A DNA stretch of 19,491 nucleotides from Nitrospinota bacterium. Lineage in GTDB: Bacteria > UBA8248. The position numbers and the translations under genes are program-made. The DNA lies in contig JASLZZ010000099.1 of assembly GCA_030754595.1 (NCBI GenBank), forward strand, positions 1-19,491. Reading direction: 5' to 3'. A model generated the notes under the pieces. That model was not told where the DNA came from, made no database searches, and saw only the letters and a list, made by a program, of their open reading frames with translations. Below are positions 7,220 through 16,502 of the stretch, piece by piece (position 1 is the first letter of the stretch; each line of letters opens with the position of its first letter).

Positions 7220-8797
7220 CTAGCGCATGCCCGCCAATTCCTGGAGCAGGTGCCAGTTGCGAAGCCGCCCCTCCTTGGTCTTGAGGAGGAGCTCCGAGGG
7301 GTTGCCGTCCTTGTCGAACTGCTTGGCGAAGCGCCCCTCGCTCCGCGCGAAGGTGATGAAGTCGCACACCTCGCCCGTCTTGGCATTTTCGAACCAATCC
7401 TTGTTCGGCGAGGGGTTGCCGGTCAGGTTCATGCGCTCCTTGATGCTATCGCCCCGGCGCGGGTCGTAGGTGAACACCGGGAAGGCCCGGCTGTCGGCGG
7501 CGAGCTTGGCCTGCTGGCGGGACACATCGTCCGCGACGCCATGCTCGGGCTGGCATGTGGTGTAGACGTTCACCACCGCCGGGCCGGGGAACGCGTTCGC
7601 GTCCATGATGGCCTTGTAGAAATGATTCGTGTGGGCGCAGGTGGTCTGAGCGACGTAGACATCGCCGTGCATCATGGCGATGGTGCTGATTTCCTTGCGG
7701 TGCTCGACCTTGCCGGGAATCACCTTTCCCACCTGGCTCATCTTGGCGTCCTGGCCCATGAAGGTGCTGGTGGACGCCTGCCCGCCGGTGTTCGAGTAGA
7801 CCTGGGTGTCGAGGATGAGAACATTGATGTCGGCCCCGCTGGCGAGCATCCGCGAGAGGGACTGGAAACCGATGTCCAGCATCGCCCCGTCTCCGCCAAT
7901 CGCCCAGAGGCGTTTTTTCTCGAGGCCTTTCTGGTTCCAGCGCGCGCGCACCCCCATCGCAACGGCCGAGCTATTCTCGAACAGGCTGTTTGTCCAGGGC
8001 ACTAGATAGGGGTTGTAGGGATAGGTGCTGGTGTAGACGGTATTGCAGCCGGTCGAGGCGACGATGCCCATACCGTCGGCCCCGTACTGGAAGCCGGTGG
8101 CGGCCGTCATCATCCGCAGGGCGGTCGCCTCTCCGCAGCCCATGCAGCTTCCCGCACCGCCGACATAGAGCAAAGAGCGCTCGGTCAGCATCATGTCCGC
8201 GAGGAACTTTTCGTTGACATACTCGCTGGGCGTCTCGGGCAGGGTTTTGTAAAAATCCCAACTGCTGCGGAACTCCTCGAGGTTTTCTTTCGACTTCGGA
8301 ATCATGCCGAGAGAAGCGTGGGTGCCGCAAGCTTCCACGCACTCCCCGCAACCCTTGCACTTGGAGGGATCGACGAAGATCCCGAACATGGCCCCGTCGA
8401 GACCTTTTTTCTCGGCCTGTTTGTGGAACTTGCTCGTCTTGGAGAAGCGCGCGCGGAGAGCGTTGCGCTCTTTCTCGTCCGAAACCTGGGCCAGCCGGCT
8501 CTCGAGCTCTTTTTCGCCGATCGCAACTCCGAGGATGGCCGTATCCGGACAGTCCGTCACGCAGTCCATACACCCCACGCATTTATCGTTGTAGAAGTCC
8601 GGAAGGTCGGGGGCGATATAGCTGAAATCGCGGAACACGCCGGTTCCGGCCGGAACGAGGCTCCGCGCCACCTGAACGTCCGCCTCAAGCCCCATCTCGG
8701 CGGAGCCGTCGTTGTAGGCGCCTATGATGCGCTCGTTGAAATCTCCAATATCAAGAAAGATTTCCTCTACCGTTCCCGCGCCGCCGTTTTGGCTCAT
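7220..8797 (-). CDS. Pyruvate/2-oxoacid:ferredoxin oxidoreductase subunit: 2x[4Fe-4S] ferredoxin (delta) domain fused to a TPP-binding (beta) domain
   Basis: CVGCMDCVTDCP and CKGCGECVEAC clusters, GSCMGCGE, ASTGC, GGDGAMLDIG...YSNTGGQ and YTTCQPEHG. Confidence 0.93.
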   Translation of the reverse strand: MSQNGGAGTVEEIFLDIGDFNERIIGAYNDGSAEMGLEADVQVARSLVPAGTGVFRDFSYIAPDLPDFYNDKCVGCMDCVTDCPDTAILGVAIGEKELESRLAQVSDEKERNALRARFSKTSKFHKQAEKKGLDGAMFGIFVDPSKCKGCGECVEACGTHASLGMIPKSKENLEEFRSSWDFYKTLPETPSEYVNEKFLADMMLTERSLLYVGGAGSCMGCGEATALRMMTAATGFQYGADGMGIVASTGCNTVYTSTYPYNPYLVPWTNSLFENSSAVAMGVRARWNQKGLEKKRLWAIGGDGAMLDIGFQSLSRMLASGADINVLILDTQVYSNTGGQASTSTFMGQDAKMSQVGKVIPGKVEHRKEISTIAMMHGDVYVAQTTCAHTNHFYKAIMDANAFPGPAVVNVYTTCQPEHGVADDVSRQQAKLAADSRAFPVFTYDPRRGDSIKERMNLTGNPSPNKDWFENAKTGEVCDFITFARSEGRFAKQFDKDGNPSELLLKTKEGRLRNWHLLQELAGMR

Positions 8798-8870
8798 GAA
8801 TTCACTCCTGGAACAATCGGCCCCGCTCGAAAAGCCGAGGCCAAAGAAATTTAAAAATCCGGATCGGCGG

Positions 8871-10838
8871 TCAGCCCACCATTTCCAGCTCGCTCGCCGT
8901 TTCGATCAAATCGGCGGGAATTTCACGATTCTCGGTGTAACCGCGCCGGACACATTCCATGTTGTCCTTCACCACCTGCTCGCCGCGCCGGCCGAAATAT
9001 TTTTGAATCGATTTCTCGACGCTGGCGAAAACCTCCTCTTCGCTGATGCCTTTTTCCTTGGCGAAAGGCGTGCAACTCAAGAATATCCCGAGAAGCACGA
9101 TGCCCTGCATGCGCTGCTCGAGAGAGGGATCGCTGGCGATCTCGCGTGCGGTCTGCACGGTGTCCATATAAACGACGCGCGCATTCCGCGCCCGGAGGAT
9201 GCTCCTCGCCGATTGCGGAATGTTCCGCCACACCGCCTCGGGTTCGGTCTCGTTGGTCTGGATGAAAACCATCCCGCCATCGCTGAGACCCATCAGCGGA
9301 TTTCCGGCATGAAGGGCGTTTACATCGTTCAAGGGTATGAACTCGACCTGGTGAAGCTCGCAGTGGGTGTAAATCACATCCTCGGCGATGGTCAGGAAGT
9401 AGGTGGTGGGCAGACCCTTTTTCTCGGACCCGTATTTCGGATAGGCCTGGACGTTCAGGCCGAACGTCTCGCCCGCGATGGTGGCGATGACCTTGTTCGT
9501 CGTCACGGAGCCGTAACCGCCGACCGAGTGGCCGCGCATCGAAAAAGAGCCGGCCGGCCGGAGGTCCGGGTCTTCATAGACCTTGAGTGCGGTGGCGTGC
9601 TCGATGCCGATGGAGAAATAGCGACGGCCCGGCCCACCCTCTTTCATATTGTTCGCCACTTCGATGAGATCCCCCGGCCGCACATCGCGGCTGCCGAGAC
9701 CGGCGGAGCAGGAATAAGCCGTCGGGATTCTGTCGATATTCGGGTAGTCATCGGAGCCGACCACCGCGTCGGCGAAAGACGCCTTGATTTCCGCCGTCAG
9801 GGGGTTCGACTGGGCGCCCGGAACATCGAGACGCTCTAAAACGGTGAAGGCCTTGGTGTCCTTGAGGGCCTCGACCAGTTCCGCTCCCGGGAAGGGCCTG
9901 AACACCGTAACGTTCACCAGGCCGATTTTGACGCCCTGCTCGCGGAGGTGATCCACTGTGGCGCGGGCCGTCTCCATATAGGTGCCCATGCCGACGTAGG
10001 CGTATTCGGCGTCCTCCATCCGGTAATTATCGACCATGCCGTAGCGCCGCCCGGTGGCATCGTAGAATTCATCCATCGCGTTTTTCGCGATGGCGGGAAT
10101 CTTGTCATAATAATAGCGCTGGGCGATTTTGCCCTTCATGTAGGCGTCCTGGTTCTGGACGGTACCGCTCATGACGGGATTATCGAAATCCATCAGGTTC
10201 GGGATCTTATCTCCCGGAGGCCCGATGTAGGATTTCATGAACTCGGGTTCGAGAAACGAGAGGCTTTCGACGGTGTGGGTGGTGAGAAAACCGTCCTGGA
10301 TGTTGAGGACCGGGGTATGGCTGTCCTCGGCGACGCGGCGGGCGATGAGCGCCAGGTCGCCGGTCTCTTGGGCGGTGCGCGCGAAGAACATGCTCCACCC
10401 GCAATCGGTGACGCCCATTACGTCGTCGTGGCCCGCATGGACGTTGAGGCTGTGGGAGGTCAGGGCGCGCGCGCCGATATGGAACACGACCGGGAGACGC
10501 TTGCCGCTGATGGTATAGAGGACTTCTTTCATCAGGATCAGACCCTGACCCGACGTAAAGTTCGAAACCCGTCCGCCGGCTAGCGCGTATCCCTCGCAGG
10601 TGCTGGCGCTCGAGTGCTCGCTCTCAAGCTCGAGAAAGTACAGCTTCTCACCCCACAAATTCTCCTTCCCGTTGGCGACCTCGGCCTGATATCCCTGCCC
10701 CATCGTGGTGGAGCTGGTAATCGGGTAGGCGCACGCACCCTGGGTGATATAGGTCTCGACCCAAGTCACCGCGCCCGCGCCGTCGGAGGTCGTCTTGATG
10801 CCCGGGTAGGGGAAAACCTTGGCGTTGGATCCACTCAT
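8871..10838 (-). CDS. Pyruvate/2-oxoacid:ferredoxin oxidoreductase subunit: alpha (domains I-II) fused to gamma (domain III)
   Basis: AYPITSST, ESEHS, FTSGQGLILM, GARALTSHSLNVHAGHDD, DGFLTTH, GLGSRD, GHSVGGYGSVTTNK and YGSEKKGLPT. Confidence 0.94.
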   Translation of the reverse strand: MSGSNAKVFPYPGIKTTSDGAGAVTWVETYITQGACAYPITSSTTMGQGYQAEVANGKENLWGEKLYFLELESEHSSASTCEGYALAGGRVSNFTSGQGLILMKEVLYTISGKRLPVVFHIGARALTSHSLNVHAGHDDVMGVTDCGWSMFFARTAQETGDLALIARRVAEDSHTPVLNIQDGFLTTHTVESLSFLEPEFMKSYIGPPGDKIPNLMDFDNPVMSGTVQNQDAYMKGKIAQRYYYDKIPAIAKNAMDEFYDATGRRYGMVDNYRMEDAEYAYVGMGTYMETARATVDHLREQGVKIGLVNVTVFRPFPGAELVEALKDTKAFTVLERLDVPGAQSNPLTAEIKASFADAVVGSDDYPNIDRIPTAYSCSAGLGSRDVRPGDLIEVANNMKEGGPGRRYFSIGIEHATALKVYEDPDLRPAGSFSMRGHSVGGYGSVTTNKVIATIAGETFGLNVQAYPKYGSEKKGLPTTYFLTIAEDVIYTHCELHQVEFIPLNDVNALHAGNPLMGLSDGGMVFIQTNETEPEAVWRNIPQSARSILRARNARVVYMDTVQTAREIASDPSLEQRMQGIVLLGIFLSCTPFAKEKGISEEEVFASVEKSIQKYFGRRGEQVVKDNMECVRRGYTENREIPADLIETASELEMVG

Positions 10839-11156
10839 ATCGATAAAACCCCCTCAGGCACGCGGGACAGGTAAAACCGCCCAAATAAATGGGATAACAA
10901 CCCGAAAAAAACGCAATAAATTTCGGCCTTCACCCAATATAGGGCCTGCCCCATGACAACCACCAACTAAAATAAATCGAAACGCCACTTATCAACCAAC
11001 AACGTGCAAAATTCCCCGTGATACTAGCATGATTTCATAAAACATTTAATCGCGGTAACGAGGAAAAGGGCATTAAAATCAATTATTAGAAGGCTATCAG
11101 TAATGTATACAATATACTTTTAATCTGGGATTGTATTTCAAGAAATCCGGCCCGAA

Positions 11157-12701
11157 TCAAAACTTTTTTTCATCATCTCCCGGGCCATTCGGCCCCTTGT
11201 GGTCGGTCACCTCCAGACTCCCGCCAAGGCCGAAGAGCCGCTGCATTTTTTTCCTGAACGCGGGGGTGAACAATTTTTGGGCGTAGAAGCTGCCGGCCGC
11301 CCTCTTGTTCACCTGGGCCAGCGTCGGATAAACGTGAATCGTCTCCACCACTTCCTTGACGTGGAGCCTCTTGCGGACAGCCAGGGCGAATTCGGGGAGA
11401 ATTTCTCCGGCGGCGGAGCACACCAGGTCGGCTCCCAGGAACCTGCCCCTCGAATCACACACCACCTTGCAGAACCCCGACGTCTCTCCCTCCAGGATGG
11501 CGCGATCAACCCGGTCCATCGGAAAGCGAAGCACATGAATCTCTCCCAGCGCCTCCCTCGCCTCGGCCTCCGTCATTCCCACATGGGCCGCCTCCGTGCT
11601 CGTGTAAATCGCCCATGGGACAGCGTGATAGGAAGCTTTTTTCTTGAGAAACGGAACCGGTATCCCTAACGGCTCGCTGAAAAGCATATTCCGGAGCGCT
11701 ATGCCCGCTTCATACTCCGCGACATGGGTGAACTGGTAGGCGCCGCGCACGTCCCCCACCGCGTAAATTTTAGGGTTCGAGGTGCGGAGCCACTCGTCCG
11801 TCCGCACCCTGCGCGGGGTGCACTCCACACCGGCATCGGCGAGGCCGAGGCCGTCCAGGTTCGGCTTTCGCCCCACGGCCACCAGGAGCGCATCGCAGGA
11901 AAACGACCGCGGCCCCCCGGGGTTTTCGGCCTGCCCCCCGGGGGCCTCCGCGTGAATGACGATTTCGTCCCCGCGCTTTTCCACTTTTGACACCCTCACC
12001 TCGAAGTGAAGACGAAGACCGCTCTCCTCAAGCGCCCTCCGGAGGACGTCGGCCATCTCGTGGTCGAGCCGGGGCAGGAGCTTGGGCATCATCTCCAGGA
12101 CTTCCATCTCGGTCCAGAGGTGGTGGAACGCCTGGGCCAGTTCGAGACCGATCGGCCCCCCGCCGAGGACCGCCATCCGCCGAGGCTGCGCCTCGAGATC
12201 GAATACGGTCTCGTTCGTGAGAAAGGGAACCTCCGACAGCCCGGCCACCTCGGGCACGAGGGGCGAGCTTCCGGTCACCAGCAAAAACCGCCGCGCCCGA
12301 ATCCGCCTGCCTCCGACCTCGAACAGGTCCGGCCCCGTGAAGCGGCCCTCGCCGAAGATGACCTCGATGCCCATCGCCTCGAATCGGGCGGGGTCGTCGT
12401 GCTCGCCGATATGGGCCTGGACTTCCTTCATCCGCCGCATCACCCGGGGAAAGTCCACCCGCACCTCGCCGACCTCGATTCCGAACTCGCTCATGCGCCG
12501 GGCCCCGGCGGCCATCCGCGCGGCATGAATGAGCCCTTTTGAAGGAACGCAGCCTTAATTCAGGCAATCGCCGCCCAGCTCTCCGCGCTCGACAAGGGCC
12601 ATCCTCGCGCCCAACTGAGCCGCCCCGTAGGCAGCCACCAAACCGCCCACTCCGCCGCCGATACAAAGGAGATCGAATCTTTCTTCATGCTCGGCGGTCA
12701 T
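11157..12701 (-). pseudogene. Lpd/MerA-like FAD-dependent pyridine nucleotide-disulfide oxidoreductase interrupted by an in-frame TAA (12555-12557)
   Basis: From ATG 12701 the frame reads [20 protein letters not shown]...GGDCLN*GCVPSKGLIHAARM and continues in the same frame as ORF 11157..12515 (GGGPIGLE, GRKPN, AVGDV, HVYPTL). There is no C-terminal Cys-Cys pair, so it is not MerA. Confidence 0.88.
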
Positions 12702-14272
12702 TCGCCATCTCCTCCGGCGGGGTCGCCCCCGGCGGCTTCGCCCGAAACCCCGTGGCCACCCAAGGCGAACAGAGAAAACAACACCGCCATGACGAGGTAG
12801 CCGCCCGCGACGGCGGGCGCCTTCGCCCAACCGAACGGGCTGATCAGGCCTCCGGGCGTAATCTCCCATGCGTGGATGACCCCGAACCACGCCAGCAGAG
12901 CCGCAGCCCCCGCCCAGCCCGCGGCGCGAAGAAGCCTCCGGTCGATGAGGGCCGCCGCCATCGCCGCCAGGATCAATGAGGAGAAAATAAATCCGCGCTC
13001 GAGCGTGATCATCCCGCCCAGATGAGACCCCGGGACACCGAAGGCCGACGCGCCGAGTTTATGAATGCTGGTCCCCGCCGTGCGGAAAGCGGTCTGGCTC
13101 ATCAAGAGCCCCCAGGCCGCCACGGCCGGAATGAACCCGAGCGCCACGGCCGGGGCGTGCCTGGCGGGCGTCGCCGAGAAGGCCTGTCCCACCATGATGA
13201 TTCCAATCCAGAGCAGAATGGCGATCACCGCCTCCTCGGGAACGATACTGGCCAGAGCGCCGATCGAGCCCGTCAGGCAGAGGATCGCCACGGCTACGCC
13301 GTTTAAAACGGCGTAGCCCGAGCGCGCGCCCAGACCCTTCCATCCCGGATGCCCGATATAGAGGGTGGTGGGAAAACAGCTTCCGAAAACGGCGGCCAGG
13401 ATCGAACCCGCGCCGTTCACGGCGAGCGAACTGCGGGTGTCGAACCGATCCCCGGCCGCCTCAGCGCTCTCGAGATTCATCAAGCTCCCCACGAGGGTCA
13501 TCAGGCCCATCGGAACCGATATCGCCAGGAAATCCCAAAGAAGAGGGCTTGAAACCATCCCGGCCAGGACACCCACCACGGGCACCGGCAGCGCCACCCC
13601 CACCGGGGAGGGAACGCCGCCCGGAAACCCGTAAATTCCCGCCGAAACGGCCGCGCCGGCTACAACCGCGACGAGGCCGCCGGGCAGCCCGAGCGGAAAC
13701 CGGATTTTCGCGAAATACTGCAAAAATATGATCGCCAGCGGCGCCATGGCCACCAGGGGCCGCTCCCAGATTTTGAGGGCGAAATCCATCGAGATGAACG
13801 TCACCGCGATGCCGGCGAGGGCGGCGAGAAGGGCCGCCCGAGGAGCCGCGCGGCGCACCCAGCCCGCCACGAAACTTCCGCCCGTCTCGATGAGCCCGCT
13901 CACCAGACAGGCGGCGATGCCCGCCCGCCAGGCGGACTCGGCGCTTCCCGTGGCGATCTTCACCGGGAGCATGACGAAAAACACAAAGGCAAAGAGGCTG
14001 ACCGTGTTGATCCCGTAGGGAAGGGCGGTGACGTCCTCCCTCCCCTCCCGCTCCGCGAGGCGGCGGGCCTGACAGGCGTAGAAAAGATTACCGCCCAGGA
14101 TGCTCAGCGCCGCGCCCGGAAGCACTTGTCCGAAAATGAGGCTGTCGGGAAAGCCCAAAACGCCTTTAAGAAGAGAGACGATCAGCAGGAGCTGGACGAG
14201 GCTATCCATCCACAGGCCGAAGAATCCGTCGATATCGCCCTTGACGATCCAGGGAAGTCTCGAGTCGTTCAC
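12698..14272 (-). CDS. NCS2-family (nucleobase:cation symporter-2, AzgA-like) permease
   Basis: Multi-TM protein with [31 protein letters not shown] and [18 protein letters not shown]. The likely start is GTG 14272. Its stop overlaps the next ATG (ATGA). Confidence 0.88.
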   Translation of the reverse strand: MNDSRLPWIVKGDIDGFFGLWMDSLVQLLLIVSLLKGVLGFPDSLIFGQVLPGAALSILGGNLFYACQARRLAEREGREDVTALPYGINTVSLFAFVFFVMLPVKIATGSAESAWRAGIAACLVSGLIETGGSFVAGWVRRAAPRAALLAALAGIAVTFISMDFALKIWERPLVAMAPLAIIFLQYFAKIRFPLGLPGGLVAVVAGAAVSAGIYGFPGGVPSPVGVALPVPVVGVLAGMVSSPLLWDFLAISVPMGLMTLVGSLMNLESAEAAGDRFDTRSSLAVNGAGSILAAVFGSCFPTTLYIGHPGWKGLGARSGYAVLNGVAVAILCLTGSIGALASIVPEEAVIAILLWIGIIMVGQAFSATPARHAPAVALGFIPAVAAWGLLMSQTAFRTAGTSIHKLGASAFGVPGSHLGGMITLERGFIFSSLILAAMAAALIDRRLLRAAGWAGAAALLAWFGVIHAWEITPGGLISPFGWAKAPAVAGGYLVMAVLFSLFALGGHGVSGEAAGGDPAGGDGE

Positions 14273-14354
14273 GGTGCGTCCCCCACGATATACCCCATCA
14301 CGACACACGAGGACCCGAACGGGCCATACTTTTCGGCCGGGAAAATCTTTTCGG

Positions 14355-15365
14355 TCAGGAGAAATCCGTCTCCCACAATCGTTTCAGCTTTTGCATGGAT
14401 TCCCCCGAAATCATCCCGGCGCCCGAGCACGAAACCGCCTCCTCGAGTTGGCCGGAACCCGAGAACCCCACCAAAACGGTGGACACTCCCTCCTTCATGA
14501 GAGCGAACCGAATCGCGGCCTGGGCGAGGGTGTATCCCCCCTCATCGGCGAGCCAGCTCAGCTTCCCCGCCCGCTCAACGTCCCTGGCGTACTCCGAGCC
14601 GAGCGAGAGCACCGGCGGGGCCTCGTCCAAAAATCCCAGGAGCCCGGGCTCCGCCGTCAATGCGCCCAGGGCCAGGACGCGTATCACCAACACCCCCATC
14701 CCCTCATCCACGGCGCGATCGAGCAACCCCCCGTAGTCCAGGGCGCCGAACGACTCGGGGACCGGATAGCCACTGCTGGGGTTCAGTAAATTGAAATAGG
14801 TTTGCACGGTGTGGAACTCGCCGCTTTCAACCAGACCTGAAAGCGCCTTGGGATCTCCGATGCCGGTGAACCCGAAAAAGCCCACCTTCCCCCGCGCCCT
14901 CAACTCCTTAAAACCCGCCAAAACCCCTCCGGGGCCGAATACGTCCCCCTCGTCAAGGGCCACCCCGACCGGCCATTTTCCACCCGGCGCAATGTAGTTG
15001 TGTATCTGAATCAGGTCCACCGAGGTGCGCCCGAGCCGATCGAGACTTCTCTCCACGGAGGCGATCACCGCACCCTTTAGGTCCGAGAGGTCATCCGGCC
15101 CGAGCCGTATCTTCGTGGACAAACTCACCCCGGCCTCGACCCCGGCCCCGGCCGCCTTGAGGGCCCGGCCCAGGTTGGCCTCGGATTTCCCGTTCCCGTA
15201 GCCCATCGCCGTATCGAAGAACGTGACCCCCAGATCGAGGGCGCCCTTCACCGCGCGAAGCTGGCCCTCATGGTCATCGCTCACCATGAGCCGGCTGATG
15301 CCCCCTGTCCCGAAGCCAATCTCGGAGACGCGGATTCCTGTCCTCCCCAATGAGCGATACTGCAT
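14355..15365 (-). CDS. Aldo/keto reductase
   Basis: Start ATG 15365 (GGGAGA upstream): MQYRSLGRTGIRVSEIGFG, FFDTAMGYG, STKI and SLDRLGRTSVDLIQIH, giving the D/Y/K/H catalytic tetrad. Confidence 0.93.
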   Translation of the reverse strand: MQYRSLGRTGIRVSEIGFGTGGISRLMVSDDHEGQLRAVKGALDLGVTFFDTAMGYGNGKSEANLGRALKAAGAGVEAGVSLSTKIRLGPDDLSDLKGAVIASVERSLDRLGRTSVDLIQIHNYIAPGGKWPVGVALDEGDVFGPGGVLAGFKELRARGKVGFFGFTGIGDPKALSGLVESGEFHTVQTYFNLLNPSSGYPVPESFGALDYGGLLDRAVDEGMGVLVIRVLALGALTAEPGLLGFLDEAPPVLSLGSEYARDVERAGKLSWLADEGGYTLAQAAIRFALMKEGVSTVLVGFSGSGQLEEAVSCSGAGMISGESMQKLKRLWETDFS

Positions 15366-15682
15366 CGGCACAATCTCCCGATAAAGATAATTATTGGCGG
15401 CCGGTCGATTACACAAAACCGCCGGCCGAATTCAAAACTCCAAACCTCCGCAGGAGCAAAGGGAGGCATTTTATCGATTGCGCCGGGGAGGATAAAGGCG
15501 CCGGTCCATGCTAACGCCCAGAATGCCTCCGGTGTGGATTTCCACTAGTTTTGATATGCTGGCCCGAGACGCCCATGAAATTAACCGCCGGACGGGAAAC
15601 CCTCCTTTTCGAACGCGACTTTCGAACGTGATTCCCGGATCGGCGGCCCGCGATTCCACCCCCCCCCCACAGGAGCCAGACG

Positions 15683-16432
15683 ATGGAGCCCGTCAAGGTT
15701 TATACACGGCACGGCTGATACACCTGTGCGAGAACGAGGGAGTTTCTCTCGTCGAACGGTATTGAAGTCATCAACCGCGACTGCACAAACGACCCCGAGG
15801 CGATGGCCGAGCTAAAGGCGCTGGGTGTGAAGTCCCTGCCCGTCTCCGTGCGCGGGGAGGATGTCGTCGTCGGCTATAACGTCTCAGACCTGTGCGAAAC
15901 CTTCGGCATCGACGCAGGATCCAGCGGCCCGATGCGTCCCGAGAAAATGATGGAAATGTACCGCCTCGTTTTCGGCGGCCTAAGGCACGCCGTGAACCAG
16001 CTCTCGCCCGGGCAACTCGACTGGATCTCCCCGGGCCGGCCCCGCTCGATGCGCCAGCTTCTTTGGCACAGCTTCGAGCGGCCCGTCCTCGGCATCGAGG
16101 CGCACGACGGCGGCGAGTACTCCCGCGATATGGTGCGGCGCTACGAGGAACTCGCGCAGAACTACCGCACCGGCGAGGAGATTTGCGCCTACGGGGCCCG
16201 CATCGAGGCCGAGCTCGCCGAATTTCTCGCGGAGGGCGATAAGCTCGCCAAAAAGGTGAAAAGCTACATGGGGCCGATCACCGTCCACGAGCTACTGGAG
16301 TTGGCCCTGGGCCATGCGTTCCAGCATCTCCGGCAGGCCTATCACTACATGCCGATGATGGGCGTCGAGCCGGACCGCCCCCTCGACCCGAAGTCGTACG
16401 AAGAGGTACCCGTTCCCGAGGAGTTATTCTAA
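15683..16432 (+). CDS. Probable selenoprotein: NrdH/glutaredoxin-like domain (UxxC) fused to a DinB-like domain, 249 aa
   Basis: AGGAG SD at 15671-15675 and ATG 15683 give MEPVKVYTRHG-U(TGA 15716-15718)-YTCARTREFLSSNGIEVINRDCTNDPEAMAELKALGVKSLPV...VGY, in frame with ORF 15803..16432. The C-terminal part has RSMRQLLWH...LGHAFQHLRQ (DinB-type His triad). Confidence 0.88.
15719..15761 (+). promoter_or_regulatory. Candidate bacterial SECIS element
   Basis: Upper stem ACGAGGGA (15734-15741), loop GUU, then UCUCUCGU (15745-15752): 8 bp with one G-U pair. The loop starts with GU, 23 nt after the UGA. An imperfect lower stem is possible (CC/GG, GU/AC, CG/CG). Confidence 0.72.
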
Positions 16433-16502
16433 GGGGATTTATTCCAAGAGGCTTTACTACCAAAGGCGGGGGACACGCCCTTTCAAGGGCGGACTGGCCC
16501 GC

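Noticed and set aside
12555..12557. Recoding (Sec/Pyl) at the in-frame stop of the disulfide oxidoreductase
   Set aside because: The codon is TAA, not TGA or TAG. It falls at the variable position between the two intact Cys, so a nonsense mutation or sequencing error is the better explanation.
11157..12701. Mercuric reductase merA
   Set aside because: No N-terminal metal-binding domain, no C-terminal Cys-Cys pair and no mer genes nearby.
15803..16432. Stand-alone 209-aa protein starting at ATG 15803
   Set aside because: It begins mid-way through the glutaredoxin fold. The upstream in-frame ATG 15683 has a strong SD and supplies the UxxC active site.
16460..16500. Terminator between the Grx-DinB and DGC genes
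   Set aside because: Only short alternative stems (CGCCCTT-TC-AAGGGCG) without a convincing U-tract.
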